A stretch of 64,000 bases of DNA. Source: Candidatus Yanofskybacteria bacterium RIFCSPHIGHO2_01_FULL_44_17 (GTDB lineage: Bacteria; Patescibacteriota; Minisyncoccia; 2-02-FULL-40-12; IGHO2-01-FULL-4-A). The position numbers and the translations under genes were made by a program. The stretch is taken from contig MGJI01000006.1 in the NCBI GenBank assembly GCA_001794195.1, positions 2,650-66,649 on the forward strand. Direction: 5' to 3'. Of the stretch, positions 26,491 to 37,155 are shown piece after piece. Within the stretch, counting starts at the first letter, position 1. The number at the start of each line of letters is the position of its first letter. The notes beneath the pieces are model-generated. The model saw only the letters and a list, made by a program, of their open reading frames with translations. It was not told where the DNA came from and made no database searches.

Positions 26491-27895
26491 GAATTCACTC
26501 AAAAAATTCTTTAACGAAATAGCCCCCAGGCGTGATCGTTGGAAGAAGAAAAACGGCTATTACTATGAATATATAGAAGACAAACTTCTGCCGTTTTTGA
26601 TTCCTCCGGCTAAAAGTGTTCTGGAAATCGGCTGTGGTACCGGAGATCTTCTGGCTAAGCTTAAGCCAGCGCGTGGTTTGGGTATTGATATAAGCGAAGT
26701 AATGGTTGGGTTGGCCAATAAAAAACACACCAATTCAACGCTGGAATTTAAGGTGGCGGACGTGAGCGACTTAGATGAGAAGTTTGATTTTGTTGTTATG
26801 TCTGATCTCGTTGGATACCTGGACGATGTTCAGGGTCTGTTTGCGAAATTACAAGACGTAACACACCCCAGGAGTCGTATAGTTATAACCCAATATAATC
26901 AGCTTTGGGAACCGATTCTTGAACTGGGCTCCAAACTAAAAATCAGAATGCCGTCTATGCACCAGAACTGGCTTTCGGAAATAGATATTGAAAACCTGCT
27001 TTACTTAGCCGGTTTCGAAGTGATTAAAAAAGGCAAGAAAATGATCTTACCGAAAAAGGTTCCGCTTATTTCCAAGTTTTGTAATAATTTCTTGGCAAAT
27101 ATTTGGCCGTTTAACCGCCTGGCGTTGATAGATTATATAGTGGCGAGACCCTTTCCTATTGGGGGTGGTGGGCCGGCATCTGTTTCAATTGTTGTGGCCG
27201 CAAGAAATGAAGCTGGGATGATAAAGAAAATTATTAATGAACTGCCTGATCTTGGCAGTGGAACGGAACTTATTTTTGTTGAGGGCGGCTCGAGTGATAA
27301 CACGTTTGACGCGATAAAAAGAGAGACAATGGAATATAAGGGTAATAAAATTATCAAGTTTGCTAAGCAGGACGGCAAGGGTAAGGGCGACGCCGTGCGC
27401 AAGGGTTTTGATATGGCTACGGGCGATATTCTGATGATTTACGATGCTGATATGACGGTACCGTCGGAGGAACTTCACAAATTTTATAACGCCATGGTAA
27501 GCGGCAGAGGAGAGTTCGTTAACGGTTCCAGGCTCGTTTACCCTATGGAAAAAGAGTCTATGCGCTTCCTGAATTATTTAGGTAATAAATTTTTCAGTGC
27601 TGCATTTAGCTGGCTTTTGGGCCAAAAGATTAAAGACACTCTGTGCGGCACTAAGGTGCTGTGGCGTACTGATTATGAAGACATAAAAAGAGGCCGTCAC
27701 TTCTTTGGCGACTTTGATCCGTTCGGGGATTTCGATCTACTTTTCGGTGCCGCCAAGCTTAATCATAAAATAATCGACCTGCCGGTTCACTACAAAGAAA
27801 GGACGTACGGTACGACTAACATTAGCCGATGGAGTCACGGGTGGTTGCTGTTGAAGATGGTTGTATTTGCGATGAAAAAGATTAAGTTCATATGA
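26483..27895 (+). CDS. SAM-methyltransferase-like / GT2 glycosyltransferase fusion
   Basis: VLEIGCGTG N-domain; AARNEAG, GKGDAVRKGF, DAD, DTLCGTK. Confidence 0.92.
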   Translation: MDKNSLKKFFNEIAPRRDRWKKKNGYYYEYIEDKLLPFLIPPAKSVLEIGCGTGDLLAKLKPARGLGIDISEVMVGLANKKHTNSTLEFKVADVSDLDEKFDFVVMSDLVGYLDDVQGLFAKLQDVTHPRSRIVITQYNQLWEPILELGSKLKIRMPSMHQNWLSEIDIENLLYLAGFEVIKKGKKMILPKKVPLISKFCNNFLANIWPFNRLALIDYIVARPFPIGGGGPASVSIVVAARNEAGMIKKIINELPDLGSGTELIFVEGGSSDNTFDAIKRETMEYKGNKIIKFAKQDGKGKGDAVRKGFDMATGDILMIYDADMTVPSEELHKFYNAMVSGRGEFVNGSRLVYPMEKESMRFLNYLGNKFFSAAFSWLLGQKIKDTLCGTKVLWRTDYEDIKRGRHFFGDFDPFGDFDLLFGAAKLNHKIIDLPVHYKERTYGTTNISRWSHGWLLLKMVVFAMKKIKFI

Positions 27896-29352
27896 GCATG
27901 TTGAAAGAGAAGCCCTGGATTCTGGTGGCGATTTTTTTGGCTGTTTTTTTTATTTCCACTTATAAGCTGACCGAGTCACCGCGAACCTGGTACGACGACG
28001 GGCTTTTTATGCAGGTTGCCAGGAACGTCGTGCACTTCAATACTTTTGGAGTCCAGTCGGCTCCGGGAGAGATTGACCGTTCTATAGCTTCGTACGTTAC
28101 GACTGGTCCATCGGTTACGTATCCGATAGCCATTATTTACAAGTTTTTTGGCGTGGGTCTGTTGCAGGCCAGACTTTTAATGGTAGTTTTTTTGCTGATG
28201 CTGGTTGCCGCTAGTTTTTGGTTAATATATGAAGTTTTCGGTTATAAAGAAGCGGTTATTTCAACATTGTTACTGGTAAGTTTTGCGCCGCTTTATGGTA
28301 ATGGCAAAATCGTGCTGGGAGAAATTCCTGGCTTGTTATTTCTGGTTTTATTTTTATTAGCTCTAAATAAGCTAGAAGATAGCGGTTACAAAAATCATTT
28401 TTGGAGCGTTTGGGCCGGGCTGGGAATGGGCTTAGCCATAGTTGCCAAGCCAATCTTTATCTTGCTGTTACCCGCTGTTGTAATTTGGGTTTTGTGGAAA
28501 AGGAAGACAATTCGTCTAGACGCAGGTAGCGCTTTGCGCTTTTTTATTTTCTTTTTGGCACCAGTTTTTTTATTTTATTTGACGTATTTCGGCAAGGAAA
28601 ATTCAGTTTTTGGCGTCCTGTCATTTTACGGTAATAACTATAGCGCCGGATTGAAAGATATTCTGGTTTCCGTGATTAACAATATTCGCAAGCTTTTTAA
28701 CGAATCCACTCCGATTTACTTTTCTGCCACAATGATTGTTTGGATTTGGTTTTATTGGTTTAGATCAAGGCGCAATATAATTATCAAATCAGCCGAAAGC
28801 GTGGCCATTCTATTTTCAATTTTAATTGGTTTGGCATATTTGAAGACCCCCGGTTGGTATAGATATTTTTTTCCAGGCCACATATTGGCGTTGATGTTTT
28901 TCCCGGTTGCTTTTGCGAGTTTTGCCAAATTTGTAAGCCAACGCTTGTTAAAAGATAAGTTGCCCCATTTTTTGCCGTTTGCTGCGCTGGGGTTAATAAT
29001 AATTTTTCAATTTTATCAGGTTGGTTTTAGTTCCTGGGTAGCCGGTGATTATCATAGCACCAGATCAAAGGAGTTGGGCGAGTATTTAAAAAATCTGGAT
29101 ATGGATAAAAGCATTTTTGTATATCAAGCCGCCGAAGCGGTAACCTTTTTACCGCACGACAACTACTATCAGTATTTTCATATAACCGGCGATAGATTTT
29201 TGGGCGACAGGCAGGCGCTCATTTCGGGCATTCCCGATGAGGTGATAGTGGCGAGCAAATCAATGAATTTAGCACGCGAATATCTTGGAAGGTATAAATT
29301 AAAAACTAAACTTTACCGGGATCTTTATCTTGTTTTTGAGAAGAAACAGTAA
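27892..29352 (+). CDS. GT-C (ArnT/PMT-like) membrane glycosyltransferase
   Basis: WYDDG after TM1, TTGP, QARL, multiple TM helices. Confidence 0.82.
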   Translation: MSMLKEKPWILVAIFLAVFFISTYKLTESPRTWYDDGLFMQVARNVVHFNTFGVQSAPGEIDRSIASYVTTGPSVTYPIAIIYKFFGVGLLQARLLMVVFLLMLVAASFWLIYEVFGYKEAVISTLLLVSFAPLYGNGKIVLGEIPGLLFLVLFLLALNKLEDSGYKNHFWSVWAGLGMGLAIVAKPIFILLLPAVVIWVLWKRKTIRLDAGSALRFFIFFLAPVFLFYLTYFGKENSVFGVLSFYGNNYSAGLKDILVSVINNIRKLFNESTPIYFSATMIVWIWFYWFRSRRNIIIKSAESVAILFSILIGLAYLKTPGWYRYFFPGHILALMFFPVAFASFAKFVSQRLLKDKLPHFLPFAALGLIIIFQFYQVGFSSWVAGDYHSTRSKELGEYLKNLDMDKSIFVYQAAEAVTFLPHDNYYQYFHITGDRFLGDRQALISGIPDEVIVASKSMNLAREYLGRYKLKTKLYRDLYLVFEKKQ

Positions 29353-29368
29353 CGTTTGGTAAATTTAA

Positions 29369-29389
29369 AACCGGCTAAGCAGGCCGGTT
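29369..29389. terminator. Hairpin between convergent genes
   Basis: aaccggct-aagca-ggccggtt. Confidence 0.55.
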
Positions 29390-29393
29390 CGGT

Positions 29394-31175
29394 CTAGAGA
29401 TTTAAAATTTCAAGTGTTTTGCCAGTATCTACCAGCCCCCTAATTTTTAGGAACGTCTCATTCGGAATGTCGCTGAAATTAAGAGGTTCGCCATCGGGTC
29501 CCTCTAGGACCTTGGTCGCATCATCTAGGGCAAGACAGTACTGATGGAACGCCTCATTACAGAGCGGTTCGTGAGTCATGGGATCAAAACTCAGGCCAAA
29601 TATCCTTGTAAGCTCATGTCGTACTTTGGGGTGGTGGATTATTTCAGTTCCTGGATACCAGGTAAGGGTAAACATTTTTTTATTTACTGCTTCTGGCCGG
29701 ACACCATATGGGGCATAAAATTGTTCCTGCCAGGCCATAAAGGCAACTGTTTCCTTTAGATCTTCCAAGGTTTCGTTGGGATTTCCTTTTATCCATGTGC
29801 AATTGACGTGTATGTCGACGTCCTGGCAGTTTTTGATCCCATATTTCATAGATCGAGGGAACTGATACATTTTGCCAAAAACCTTTGTAGCCTCAAAGCC
29901 GTTAGAAAGAGTGAAGCCACCCTTACCTAGCGTTTCTATGGTTTTGGCGCATGCGCTTTCCGGGCCGGCGCCGATATAAGTGCATCCCGATTTAGCCATA
30001 AGTGCGACCCTTAGCGGATCCTCGAAAAAGTATTCACCCGGACGATTCGGCCTTGGCTTAAGTCCCGCAGCTTCGTCTAGCCTGGTGTGTGTACCCCATT
30101 TGATTCCGAGTGGTCCAAGGAGTGGCACCAAGTCCTGAATCCTGCCATAGGTTACAGCAAAGTTGTCATCCGGAAATCCGTGAAAATCTATGCCGTACCG
30201 TTCTTTATAATGAACCAGTTGGTTGTGTATGTGCTGAGCGGAACGTACTGCCCATTGTCTTTCTCCCTGCGTCCCGCGGTAGCAGTATTTACAGCCATAA
30301 GGACAACCGCGGCTTGAAACTGAGGTCGTGCTGCGTGTCATTGTAAACGGTGCCGCGGAACTATTATTTGCACTAACACCCCAAACAGCACTAGCGAGAT
30401 AAGATGGAACTAGTTTATAGTCGCAACCGAAGACACGCTTAAAAATGATGTCATTGTCGGAAAGAATGTCGATATCGGCGTAGGGCAGTGCATCTAAATC
30501 TCGTGGTCTATTGCCCTCATACATCAACCTCGGCTTATTACTAATTTCGCCAAGATAATAAGGGTTGAGCGAGCCTGATTCTATCGCGCGACGTAACCCC
30601 TTTTCTTTTATGGTCTTGGCGTCTTGGCAAATTTTAATAATTGTATCATCGCCTTCTGAGTGAGCAACGGCATCAAGCTCTGGGATATAATTGAAAAGTC
30701 CGATTTTTAATTCTGTTGCCAGGCCGCCACCAGATACCAGAAAAACATGGGGTAGAATTTGTCGGACCATTTTCGCTATTGTTTCCTGCCACCGTAAAGT
30801 CGTGATTTTACCAGAAAATGCGACTAGATCAGGAGTTCCGTAATAAGAAAAATGTTCTACCAAAAACCTATATACCTCTCTTTCGCTAAAATGTCTGCCG
30901 TTTGGCAAGCCGCGTTTTTCAGCCAACGCGTCCTTGATTCTATAGCCGTTGAAGTCAATTACTCGTGCCGGCAGGTCATAATGTTTTCTCAATCTAGTCG
31001 CCATCAGTAAAGGCCCTTCTGGCGTGGTATTGGGTACGGCAGTTTCCCGTAGCGGCATATTGATAAAAACAACATTTAGTCCAGCTACGTCTTTATAACT
31101 GATATCTTTTATGATATCTGCCGGATGCGGTGGTTTTTTGGTATGCACCGGCTGAAGTATAGGAAGGGTTGCCAT
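29394..31175 (-). CDS. Radical SAM protein with N-terminal cobalamin-binding-like domain
   Basis: SRGCPYGCKYC (CxxxCxxC), DDNF, GGGLAT, EGD, ET.EDL.ET. Confidence 0.88.
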   Translation of the reverse strand: MATLPILQPVHTKKPPHPADIIKDISYKDVAGLNVVFINMPLRETAVPNTTPEGPLLMATRLRKHYDLPARVIDFNGYRIKDALAEKRGLPNGRHFSEREVYRFLVEHFSYYGTPDLVAFSGKITTLRWQETIAKMVRQILPHVFLVSGGGLATELKIGLFNYIPELDAVAHSEGDDTIIKICQDAKTIKEKGLRRAIESGSLNPYYLGEISNKPRLMYEGNRPRDLDALPYADIDILSDNDIIFKRVFGCDYKLVPSYLASAVWGVSANNSSAAPFTMTRSTTSVSSRGCPYGCKYCYRGTQGERQWAVRSAQHIHNQLVHYKERYGIDFHGFPDDNFAVTYGRIQDLVPLLGPLGIKWGTHTRLDEAAGLKPRPNRPGEYFFEDPLRVALMAKSGCTYIGAGPESACAKTIETLGKGGFTLSNGFEATKVFGKMYQFPRSMKYGIKNCQDVDIHVNCTWIKGNPNETLEDLKETVAFMAWQEQFYAPYGVRPEAVNKKMFTLTWYPGTEIIHHPKVRHELTRIFGLSFDPMTHEPLCNEAFHQYCLALDDATKVLEGPDGEPLNFSDIPNETFLKIRGLVDTGKTLEILNL

Positions 31176-31236
31176 TGCTTGCCTCAGGACTAATTTTAAA
31201 ACAGCTTTATTTTGATGCTACAGCATTTTTTTAAAA

Positions 31237-31265
31237 TTGACAAGTTGGTTTTTTAATTCTAAATT
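31237..31265 (+). promoter_or_regulatory. sigma70 promoter for gmhA
   Basis: TTGACA-17-TAAATT; SD AAGGAG upstream of 31303. Confidence 0.55.
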
Positions 31266-31302
31266 AATATGGTTAAATCGTGTACCTTAAAAAAGGAGAA
31301 GT

Positions 31303-31896
31303 ATGAAAAATAAGGTTTTGGACCTGCTTAAAGCAAGGGCGCTTCTTTATAAAAACCTTGAGGAAAATAGTCGGTTTGTTGAGCAGATAGTTCTTGCCGC
31401 AGAACTTATAAAGAAAACTGTTGATTCCGGAGGCAAGATATTAATTTTCGGCAATGGTGGTTCGGCGACGGATGCTCAGCACCTTGCCGCAGAGCTTGTT
31501 TGTAAGTTTGAAAAGGTGCGCAAGCCGATTGCCGCCCTAGCCCTAACTGCGGATAGCGCGATACTTACTGCACAGAGCAATGACTTTGGATTCGAAACGG
31601 TATTCTCCAGACAGATAGAAGCATTTGCTCGACCAGGAGATACGGTTATCGGCTTTACAACAAGTAACCCATGCTTTAAAAGTATTCAATCCAGGAACAT
31701 TCAGTTAGCGTTTGATATGGCAAAGAGTATTAACGGGCTTAAAAGAGTAGGGTTCTTTAGCTCCAGAACTAAATATCTTTTGGGGCAAGTTGATGTTGCT
31801 ATTGTTGTGCCCAGTGAAAGTACCGCTATCACGCAGGAGGTTCATCAATTTGTGATACATGCGCTTTGCGGTTTGATTGAAGAGGGCCTTTCATAA
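31303..31896 (+). CDS. gmhA: Phosphoheptose isomerase (SIS domain)
   Basis: GNGGSATDAQHLAAEL, NDFGFETVFSRQ, QEVH. Confidence 0.85.
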   Translation: MKNKVLDLLKARALLYKNLEENSRFVEQIVLAAELIKKTVDSGGKILIFGNGGSATDAQHLAAELVCKFEKVRKPIAALALTADSAILTAQSNDFGFETVFSRQIEAFARPGDTVIGFTTSNPCFKSIQSRNIQLAFDMAKSINGLKRVGFFSSRTKYLLGQVDVAIVVPSESTAITQEVHQFVIHALCGLIEEGLS

Positions 31897-32158
31897 CTTA
31901 AATAGTTTGCTCTAATTTTTTTTGGTTTGAATATTTTACCAGCCCAGAGGTGCTGGTTTTTTAATGCAATACTTTTTTTTAAGTGGTCAATATTGATTTT
32001 AGTTTTATGCTTTGTTTTAATTTATTTATGCAACCAGATCATATTCTTTGCGTCTTATTTTATTTAGTAGGTTATCCGGGGGCGCTTAAACACATTGCAC
32101 AAAAGTAAAAGAAATAAGCAAATTTCGTAATAATTGTTAAAAGACGCTTAAGCTACAT

Positions 32159-33037
32159 ATGGACCTACAAATAGGCGGTAAAAATATAGGATATAATCAT
32201 AGTCATTTTGTTGTTGCTGAAATCGGCATCAATCATAATGGTGATATCAATATTGCCAAACAAATTATTGACGCAGCGGTAATGTATGGTTGTGATGCCG
32301 TCAAGTTTCAGAAAAGAACCGTGGATGTGGTGTATACTCCGGAAGAACTGGCCAGGCCCAGAGAGAACCCATTTGGTCCTACAAACGGTCACTTAAAGCA
32401 TGGTCTTGAATTTGGTAAGGAGCAATATGATGAGATAGACAGATATTGTAAAAGCAAGGGAATTTTATGGTTTGCCTCGCCCTGGGATGAGCAAAGCGTA
32501 GATTTTCTAGAGCAATATAACCCCCCATGTTATAAAATAGCTTCAGCTTGTAATCACGATAAAGAATTGATGGCCCATATAAAATCTAAGGGCCGGCCGA
32601 TGATAGTTTCTACAGGAATGACTGATGATGCGGGCATAGATCGTATTGTTGACTTTTTGGGCGAAGACAGGCTTACTATTTTACATTGTGTATCTACCTA
32701 TCCTGCCAAGGATCATGAGCTTCACTTGGCCAATATACCGCGCATGATTAAAAAATACCCCAAGGCTCATATCGGTTATTCGGGGCACGAAGTCGGTTTA
32801 TTTGCTTCTTTGTTTGCTGCGGCACTGGGTGCCTGTATGATCGAACGGCATATTACGCTAGATAGATCTATGTGGGGATCTGATCAGGCGGCCAGTTTAG
32901 AAGTGGGGGGCTTGGCGAAATTAGTAAAGGAGTTGCGTAGCTTAAAGAGGGACTATATCGGTGAAGATGTCAAATTAGTTTTGGAATCAGAAAAACCGAT
33001 TGAGGCGAAGTTAAGGCGAAAAGCAACGCTCGCATAA
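32159..33037 (+). CDS. neuB: N-acetylneuraminate synthase family (NeuB/SpsE), short form without the C-terminal SAF domain
   Basis: AEIGINHNGD, DAVKFQKR, YKIASA, LHCVSTYP, GYSGHE, IERHITLDRSMWGSDQAAS. Confidence 0.92.
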   Translation: MDLQIGGKNIGYNHSHFVVAEIGINHNGDINIAKQIIDAAVMYGCDAVKFQKRTVDVVYTPEELARPRENPFGPTNGHLKHGLEFGKEQYDEIDRYCKSKGILWFASPWDEQSVDFLEQYNPPCYKIASACNHDKELMAHIKSKGRPMIVSTGMTDDAGIDRIVDFLGEDRLTILHCVSTYPAKDHELHLANIPRMIKKYPKAHIGYSGHEVGLFASLFAAALGACMIERHITLDRSMWGSDQAASLEVGGLAKLVKELRSLKRDYIGEDVKLVLESEKPIEAKLRRKATLA

Positions 33038-33056
33038 GTTTAAAATAAGTTAAACC

Positions 33057-33080
33057 AAACCGCCAAGCAGGCGGTTTTTT
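33057..33080 (+). terminator. Intrinsic terminator after neuB
   Basis: aaaccgcc-aagca-ggcggtttttt. Confidence 0.7.
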
Positions 33081-33107
33081 GACAAGCCTTCATTTTCGTG
33101 CTATCCT
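33079..33107 (+). promoter_or_regulatory. sigma70 promoter overlapping the terminator tail
   Basis: TTGACA-17-TATCCT with extended TG. Confidence 0.55.
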
Positions 33108-33151
33108 AATTTTAGCTAAGCAGTTTTTTAACAATCTAAAAAGGAGAGTTA

Positions 33152-34075
33152 ATGGATCCGAGAGCTCTTTTGCTTATTGCTGGTTTTTGTGTTTCTGAGG
33201 CACTCTATAATAACTTCATAGGACTTCAATCAAAAAAGAATCCTGACTTCCGAAACCATACTGCTTTGTTTACGAGCATAATTGGTTGCATTGCGGTTTC
33301 TATGCTGTTTGTGACAAGCTATTTTAGCGGCGGTATGCAGTTAACGCCAGGCTGGTGGAAACCGGTACTTATTACCGGCGGGCTAATCGGTTTTTATTTA
33401 TATGCCGAAGTAAAAGCTTTTTCAATTGGAGATGTATCTCTGGTTGCTCCCATAGCCTCTACAACGCCCGCCAGTATTGTCGTAGCTAGCATGATAATTC
33501 TTGGAGAGACGCCTTCTCGAATTGGTTGGCTTGGAATCTACCTCGTTGTGATGGGCACGTATATAGTAAACATACAAGGATATTTTGAGCAGAGAAAAAA
33601 AGATGGGCAGGCCCTAAGGTTTAAAGATTGGTTTGCTCCGCTTCTTATGTTAAAGAAAAATATGGCGATAAGATATGCATATTTATGTGTGATCATTGCA
33701 ACTATTGCCATTAATTATGAAGCTATGGCAGTAAGAAAGGCAAATGTGGCATTTGCTACAGCTTGTATTTTCGGCATAGGAACAATTCTCAATTGTGCTG
33801 TTGCATATAAAAAAGGAATTACTAGAAGCTCTCTGGGTAGTTTGATGAATAGGTACACTCTGGTTGTGGCCGTATGCCTCTTTTTTAGTGTTTGGTTGCC
33901 TAATCTAGCCTTTCGATATGAAATCGTTCCGTATGTTGGTACCTTGAAAAGATTTCAAATTTTGTTAACCATTGTTCTAGCTTATTTTATCCTTGGTGAA
34001 AAAAAGAATTTTAGAACGCGATTTGTTGGGGCGAGTATTATGCTAGCTGGCCTTACGTTGATTGTCTCCGGATAG
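33152..34075 (+). CDS. EamA/DMT family transporter
   Basis: About 10 TM; DVSLVAPIAS..P..ILGETP; ILGEK. Confidence 0.85.
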   Translation: MDPRALLLIAGFCVSEALYNNFIGLQSKKNPDFRNHTALFTSIIGCIAVSMLFVTSYFSGGMQLTPGWWKPVLITGGLIGFYLYAEVKAFSIGDVSLVAPIASTTPASIVVASMIILGETPSRIGWLGIYLVVMGTYIVNIQGYFEQRKKDGQALRFKDWFAPLLMLKKNMAIRYAYLCVIIATIAINYEAMAVRKANVAFATACIFGIGTILNCAVAYKKGITRSSLGSLMNRYTLVVAVCLFFSVWLPNLAFRYEIVPYVGTLKRFQILLTIVLAYFILGEKKNFRTRFVGASIMLAGLTLIVSG

Positions 34076-34192
34076 AGTCACTTAGATTGCGTTGCTATTG
34101 ACTAGATAGCGACGATTTGTTAATTTAATAAACAGCCACTGATGATAGGTGGTTTTTGTTTAAGTTTTTTTACAAAAAAGAGGAGGCTGCAG

Positions 34193-35266
34193 ATGGCAGG
34201 AAAAGGCTTGATTTGGGCCGTTTGTAAGGATCCTGGCGGAACCAATGGGGTTCTGCCGGTAGTTGATGAATTAAGGAAAATTGGCTATGAAGTTTTGTTA
34301 ATTGCCAATGGCAATGCGCTTGAGCGTTTGCCGACCATGAATATTCCGTTCCTTACCCTTGAAGAAGCACTGGCCAAGTCCACCATTCCTGATATATTTT
34401 TAACAAGTATGTGCTATCAGGGAGGAGTTGGCAGAAACCTTATTCCGCTAATGCGTAGTGCGGGTGTACCAGTAATTACTCTTCAGGATTTTTGGGGTGC
34501 TCAATTGAAGCCGGAGTGGGAAGATAGAAAGTTTCGACCCAGGTTCGTTTGTGCAAACGATGAAGTGGGTGCGGATATTATTCAAAGAGCTTGGCCAGGG
34601 TTTCATAGATCGTGTATCGAAATAACCGGATTCCCGGCAATGGATAAATATGCCAGCTTAGATGTTGGCGGAACCTCAAAGAAAGTTAGAGAGGGTTTGG
34701 GCATACCGGCTGATGGCAAGGTGGTATTATATTGTGATCAAATAGACTACGCAGGCGAGGTGCTTACGGAATTGGTAGAATCCCTGAATTCGTTAGGTAG
34801 AAACGATATTTATTTTATTCCCAGGATGCATCCGAGGTTGCCGAAAGATAATCCCGACGGATTCCCTAAGTTTCAAGAAGCCATGAAGCTGTTTAGGGCC
34901 GGCACACTGATAGCCGATTCTTCCAGGTTTACGACCTCGGAAGTAATTACTGCTGCCACGGTTGTACTGTCGATGTACTCTACCGTGAACATCGAAGCTT
35001 CCTGTATTCGCAAACAGAATATTTCCATGCTTTATCCTGATTACGGTATGGGCCTGTTTCTTAAGGGTGCCAACGGTATAATGGATGAATTTCCGCTTGT
35101 ATCGCTTGGTTGCTCTACCAAGGTGACCAATAGACAAGAGCTGGTTGCGGCACTGACCGAATCTCTAGGCAGTGGCCTTGGGCTTGTGTCGGCTCAAGAA
35201 AAAGCATTTCAGCTCGATGGCAAGAACGCCTTTAGGGTCGCCAACTTAGTTAAACATGCGTGCTAA
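34193..35266 (+). CDS. GT-B fold protein, candidate CMP-ulosonate or CDP-polyol transferase
   Basis: DPGG, EITGFP..D, RMHP, STVNIEA; SD AGGAGG supports the start at 34193. Confidence 0.6.
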   Translation: MAGKGLIWAVCKDPGGTNGVLPVVDELRKIGYEVLLIANGNALERLPTMNIPFLTLEEALAKSTIPDIFLTSMCYQGGVGRNLIPLMRSAGVPVITLQDFWGAQLKPEWEDRKFRPRFVCANDEVGADIIQRAWPGFHRSCIEITGFPAMDKYASLDVGGTSKKVREGLGIPADGKVVLYCDQIDYAGEVLTELVESLNSLGRNDIYFIPRMHPRLPKDNPDGFPKFQEAMKLFRAGTLIADSSRFTTSEVITAATVVLSMYSTVNIEASCIRKQNISMLYPDYGMGLFLKGANGIMDEFPLVSLGCSTKVTNRQELVAALTESLGSGLGLVSAQEKAFQLDGKNAFRVANLVKHAC

Positions 35267-35276
35267 TTAAACCGCT

Positions 35277-35669
35277 TTATGCGGTTTTGTTTTTGAAAAC
35301 AAATTCTTTTTGTAAGAGAAATGTTAAAAGGGAGAGGGGCGGTAGCAATATTGCTCCAGCGATGTAATTGCTTATTTCAAAGATGTTGAAAATTTTCAGG
35401 CCGGCTAAGTACAGGCCGTATATTAAAATATAAACCGCAAAGAAGCGGCCGATAAGTTTATGATCATTATTATTGAAGACCACCTTGCCGGTGGTTTTGA
35501 AATTAAACAAAACTCCGAGAATTAGTTGGAGCAGAGAGGCGAGCGTATAGTGGAGGTTAATAAATATAAAAAAAGCAAAAACCCCGTAAGCAAAAAGTGT
35601 GTTTATTATGCCCACGAGTACAAACAATATAAATTGTTTGGTCAGGAATTTTTGAAGTAACCTTTTCAA
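35277..35669 (-). CDS. GtrA family flippase-like protein
   Basis: FVLVGIINT, FNFKTTGKVVF, KEFVF; 4 TM. Confidence 0.88.
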   Translation of the reverse strand: MKRLLQKFLTKQFILFVLVGIINTLFAYGVFAFFIFINLHYTLASLLQLILGVLFNFKTTGKVVFNNNDHKLIGRFFAVYILIYGLYLAGLKIFNIFEISNYIAGAILLPPLSLLTFLLQKEFVFKNKTA

Positions 35670-35680
35670 GTTAGTTATTT

Positions 35681-35843
35681 GAGCTTGGCCGAATAATGCC
35701 TTCTATCACCTCTAGCAACCCCAGCGAGGTTGCTGCGCTCCGTTGAAACTGTGGATTTTCCTCGCAGTGAAAAATTATACTGCTCGGAACCGTGCAGATC
35801 ACACAGTTTCAGCGGTGCTATAAGGCATTATTCGGCCAAGCTC
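35681..35843. repeat. Structured intergenic palindromic element, copy 2 of 3
   Basis: Perfect 22-bp TIR gagcttggccgaataatgcctt / aaggcattattcggccaagctc. Confidence 0.92.
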
Positions 35844-37039
35844 TATTTTTCCAACGCTTTTTTTAATTTTTTCATTCCCTCAACTATGTTTTTCTGGGAG
35901 CTGGCATAAACTAGGCGAACATAGCCTTTTCCGTGCCTGCCGAAATTAGTGCCTGGCAATAAGACAACGCCTGCTTTTTCAAGGGCGAAGCGGCTGAATT
36001 CTTCGCTGGTCATTCCAGTTCCGGTAATATTTGGAAAAACATAAAACGCTCCGTCGGGTTTGAGGCAGTGTACGCCGGGCATTTCGTTGAGAAGCCCGAC
36101 CATAATGTCGCGCCGTTGGCGGTATTCAGCCACGCTTTTTTTCACGAATGCCTGGTCGCCGGTCAGAGCGGCGATACCAGCCCTTTGAATAAATGGCGGA
36201 ACCGCGGAAATCAATGTTTCAACCATCAGCCCCATTTTTTTAACGATATGCTCGGGTGCTACGGCCCAGCCCAGACGCCAACCGGTCATGGCGTAGGTTT
36301 TAGAAAAACTGTTTAGAATAATTATATTTTTTTTACATTTATCAAAGATAGCCGGTGAGTTATGTTTTTGGCCGTACGTCATCTTTGAGTAGGCTTCGTC
36401 AGTGAGAAGATAGATTTTATTTTTTGATGCTATTTTAGCAACTTCTAACATCTCTTTTTGGGTCATAACTGCTCCTGTTGGATTATGCGGAGAGTTTATA
36501 ATAATTAGGCGTGTTTTTGGTGTGATGCTTCTGCGAATATCAGCCGGAGACATGCGAAAGTTATTTTTTTCAAGAAGCGGGATTCCGACACATTTTGCTC
36601 CGATGAAATCGAATGCGGAATAGTAGGAGGCAAAACCGGGATCGGGTACGATAACCTCTTCGCCCGGATTAACTACGCAGCGAGTAACGAAGTAAATAAA
36701 AGAAATGGCCGGGGCAACTATAATCTGCTCAATGTCTGGTTTAAAACCGTTTATTCGCTTAGTTTCAAACCGTATGGCTTCGCGCAATTCGCGCATTCCC
36801 ATAGAACTGACATAGTGCGTTTCGCCACTCTCTATGGCTTTGATGGCTGCCTTATTTATGTGTGCTGGCGTATCGAAATCGGGATCGCCGATTTCAAAGT
36901 GATATATTTTTTTTCCTTGTCGTTCAAGGGCTTGGGCTTTGGCGAGAAATTGAAACATCGGACTGCCTGAAAGTTTCTGAGCGGACCGAGATAAATAAAG
37001 ATTCGGGGTATTTTTTTTAATTTTGTTTATTTTGTTCAT
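35843..37039 (-). CDS. PLP-dependent aminotransferase class I/II
   Basis: GDPDFDTP, NSPHNPTG, DEAY, SFSKTYAMTGWRLG. Confidence 0.95.
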   Translation of the reverse strand: MNKINKIKKNTPNLYLSRSAQKLSGSPMFQFLAKAQALERQGKKIYHFEIGDPDFDTPAHINKAAIKAIESGETHYVSSMGMRELREAIRFETKRINGFKPDIEQIIVAPAISFIYFVTRCVVNPGEEVIVPDPGFASYYSAFDFIGAKCVGIPLLEKNNFRMSPADIRRSITPKTRLIIINSPHNPTGAVMTQKEMLEVAKIASKNKIYLLTDEAYSKMTYGQKHNSPAIFDKCKKNIIILNSFSKTYAMTGWRLGWAVAPEHIVKKMGLMVETLISAVPPFIQRAGIAALTGDQAFVKKSVAEYRQRRDIMVGLLNEMPGVHCLKPDGAFYVFPNITGTGMTSEEFSRFALEKAGVVLLPGTNFGRHGKGYVRLVYASSQKNIVEGMKKLKKALEK

Positions 37040-37155
37040 CCCGTACGAAGTAGCTGCTGCGCAGCCATCAGTATAAGTTACGTGTGCAGAACTTATGTTG
37101 TTATATATTCAATACCCCTTTTTGTTTTACCCGTTAGGGCTACTTCGTACGGGAT
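37038..37155. repeat. MITE-like element with 17-bp perfect inverted repeats
   Basis: atcccgtacgaagtagc ... gctacttcgtacgggat; direct repeat TTCAT at 37035-37039 and 37155-37159. Confidence 0.8.
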
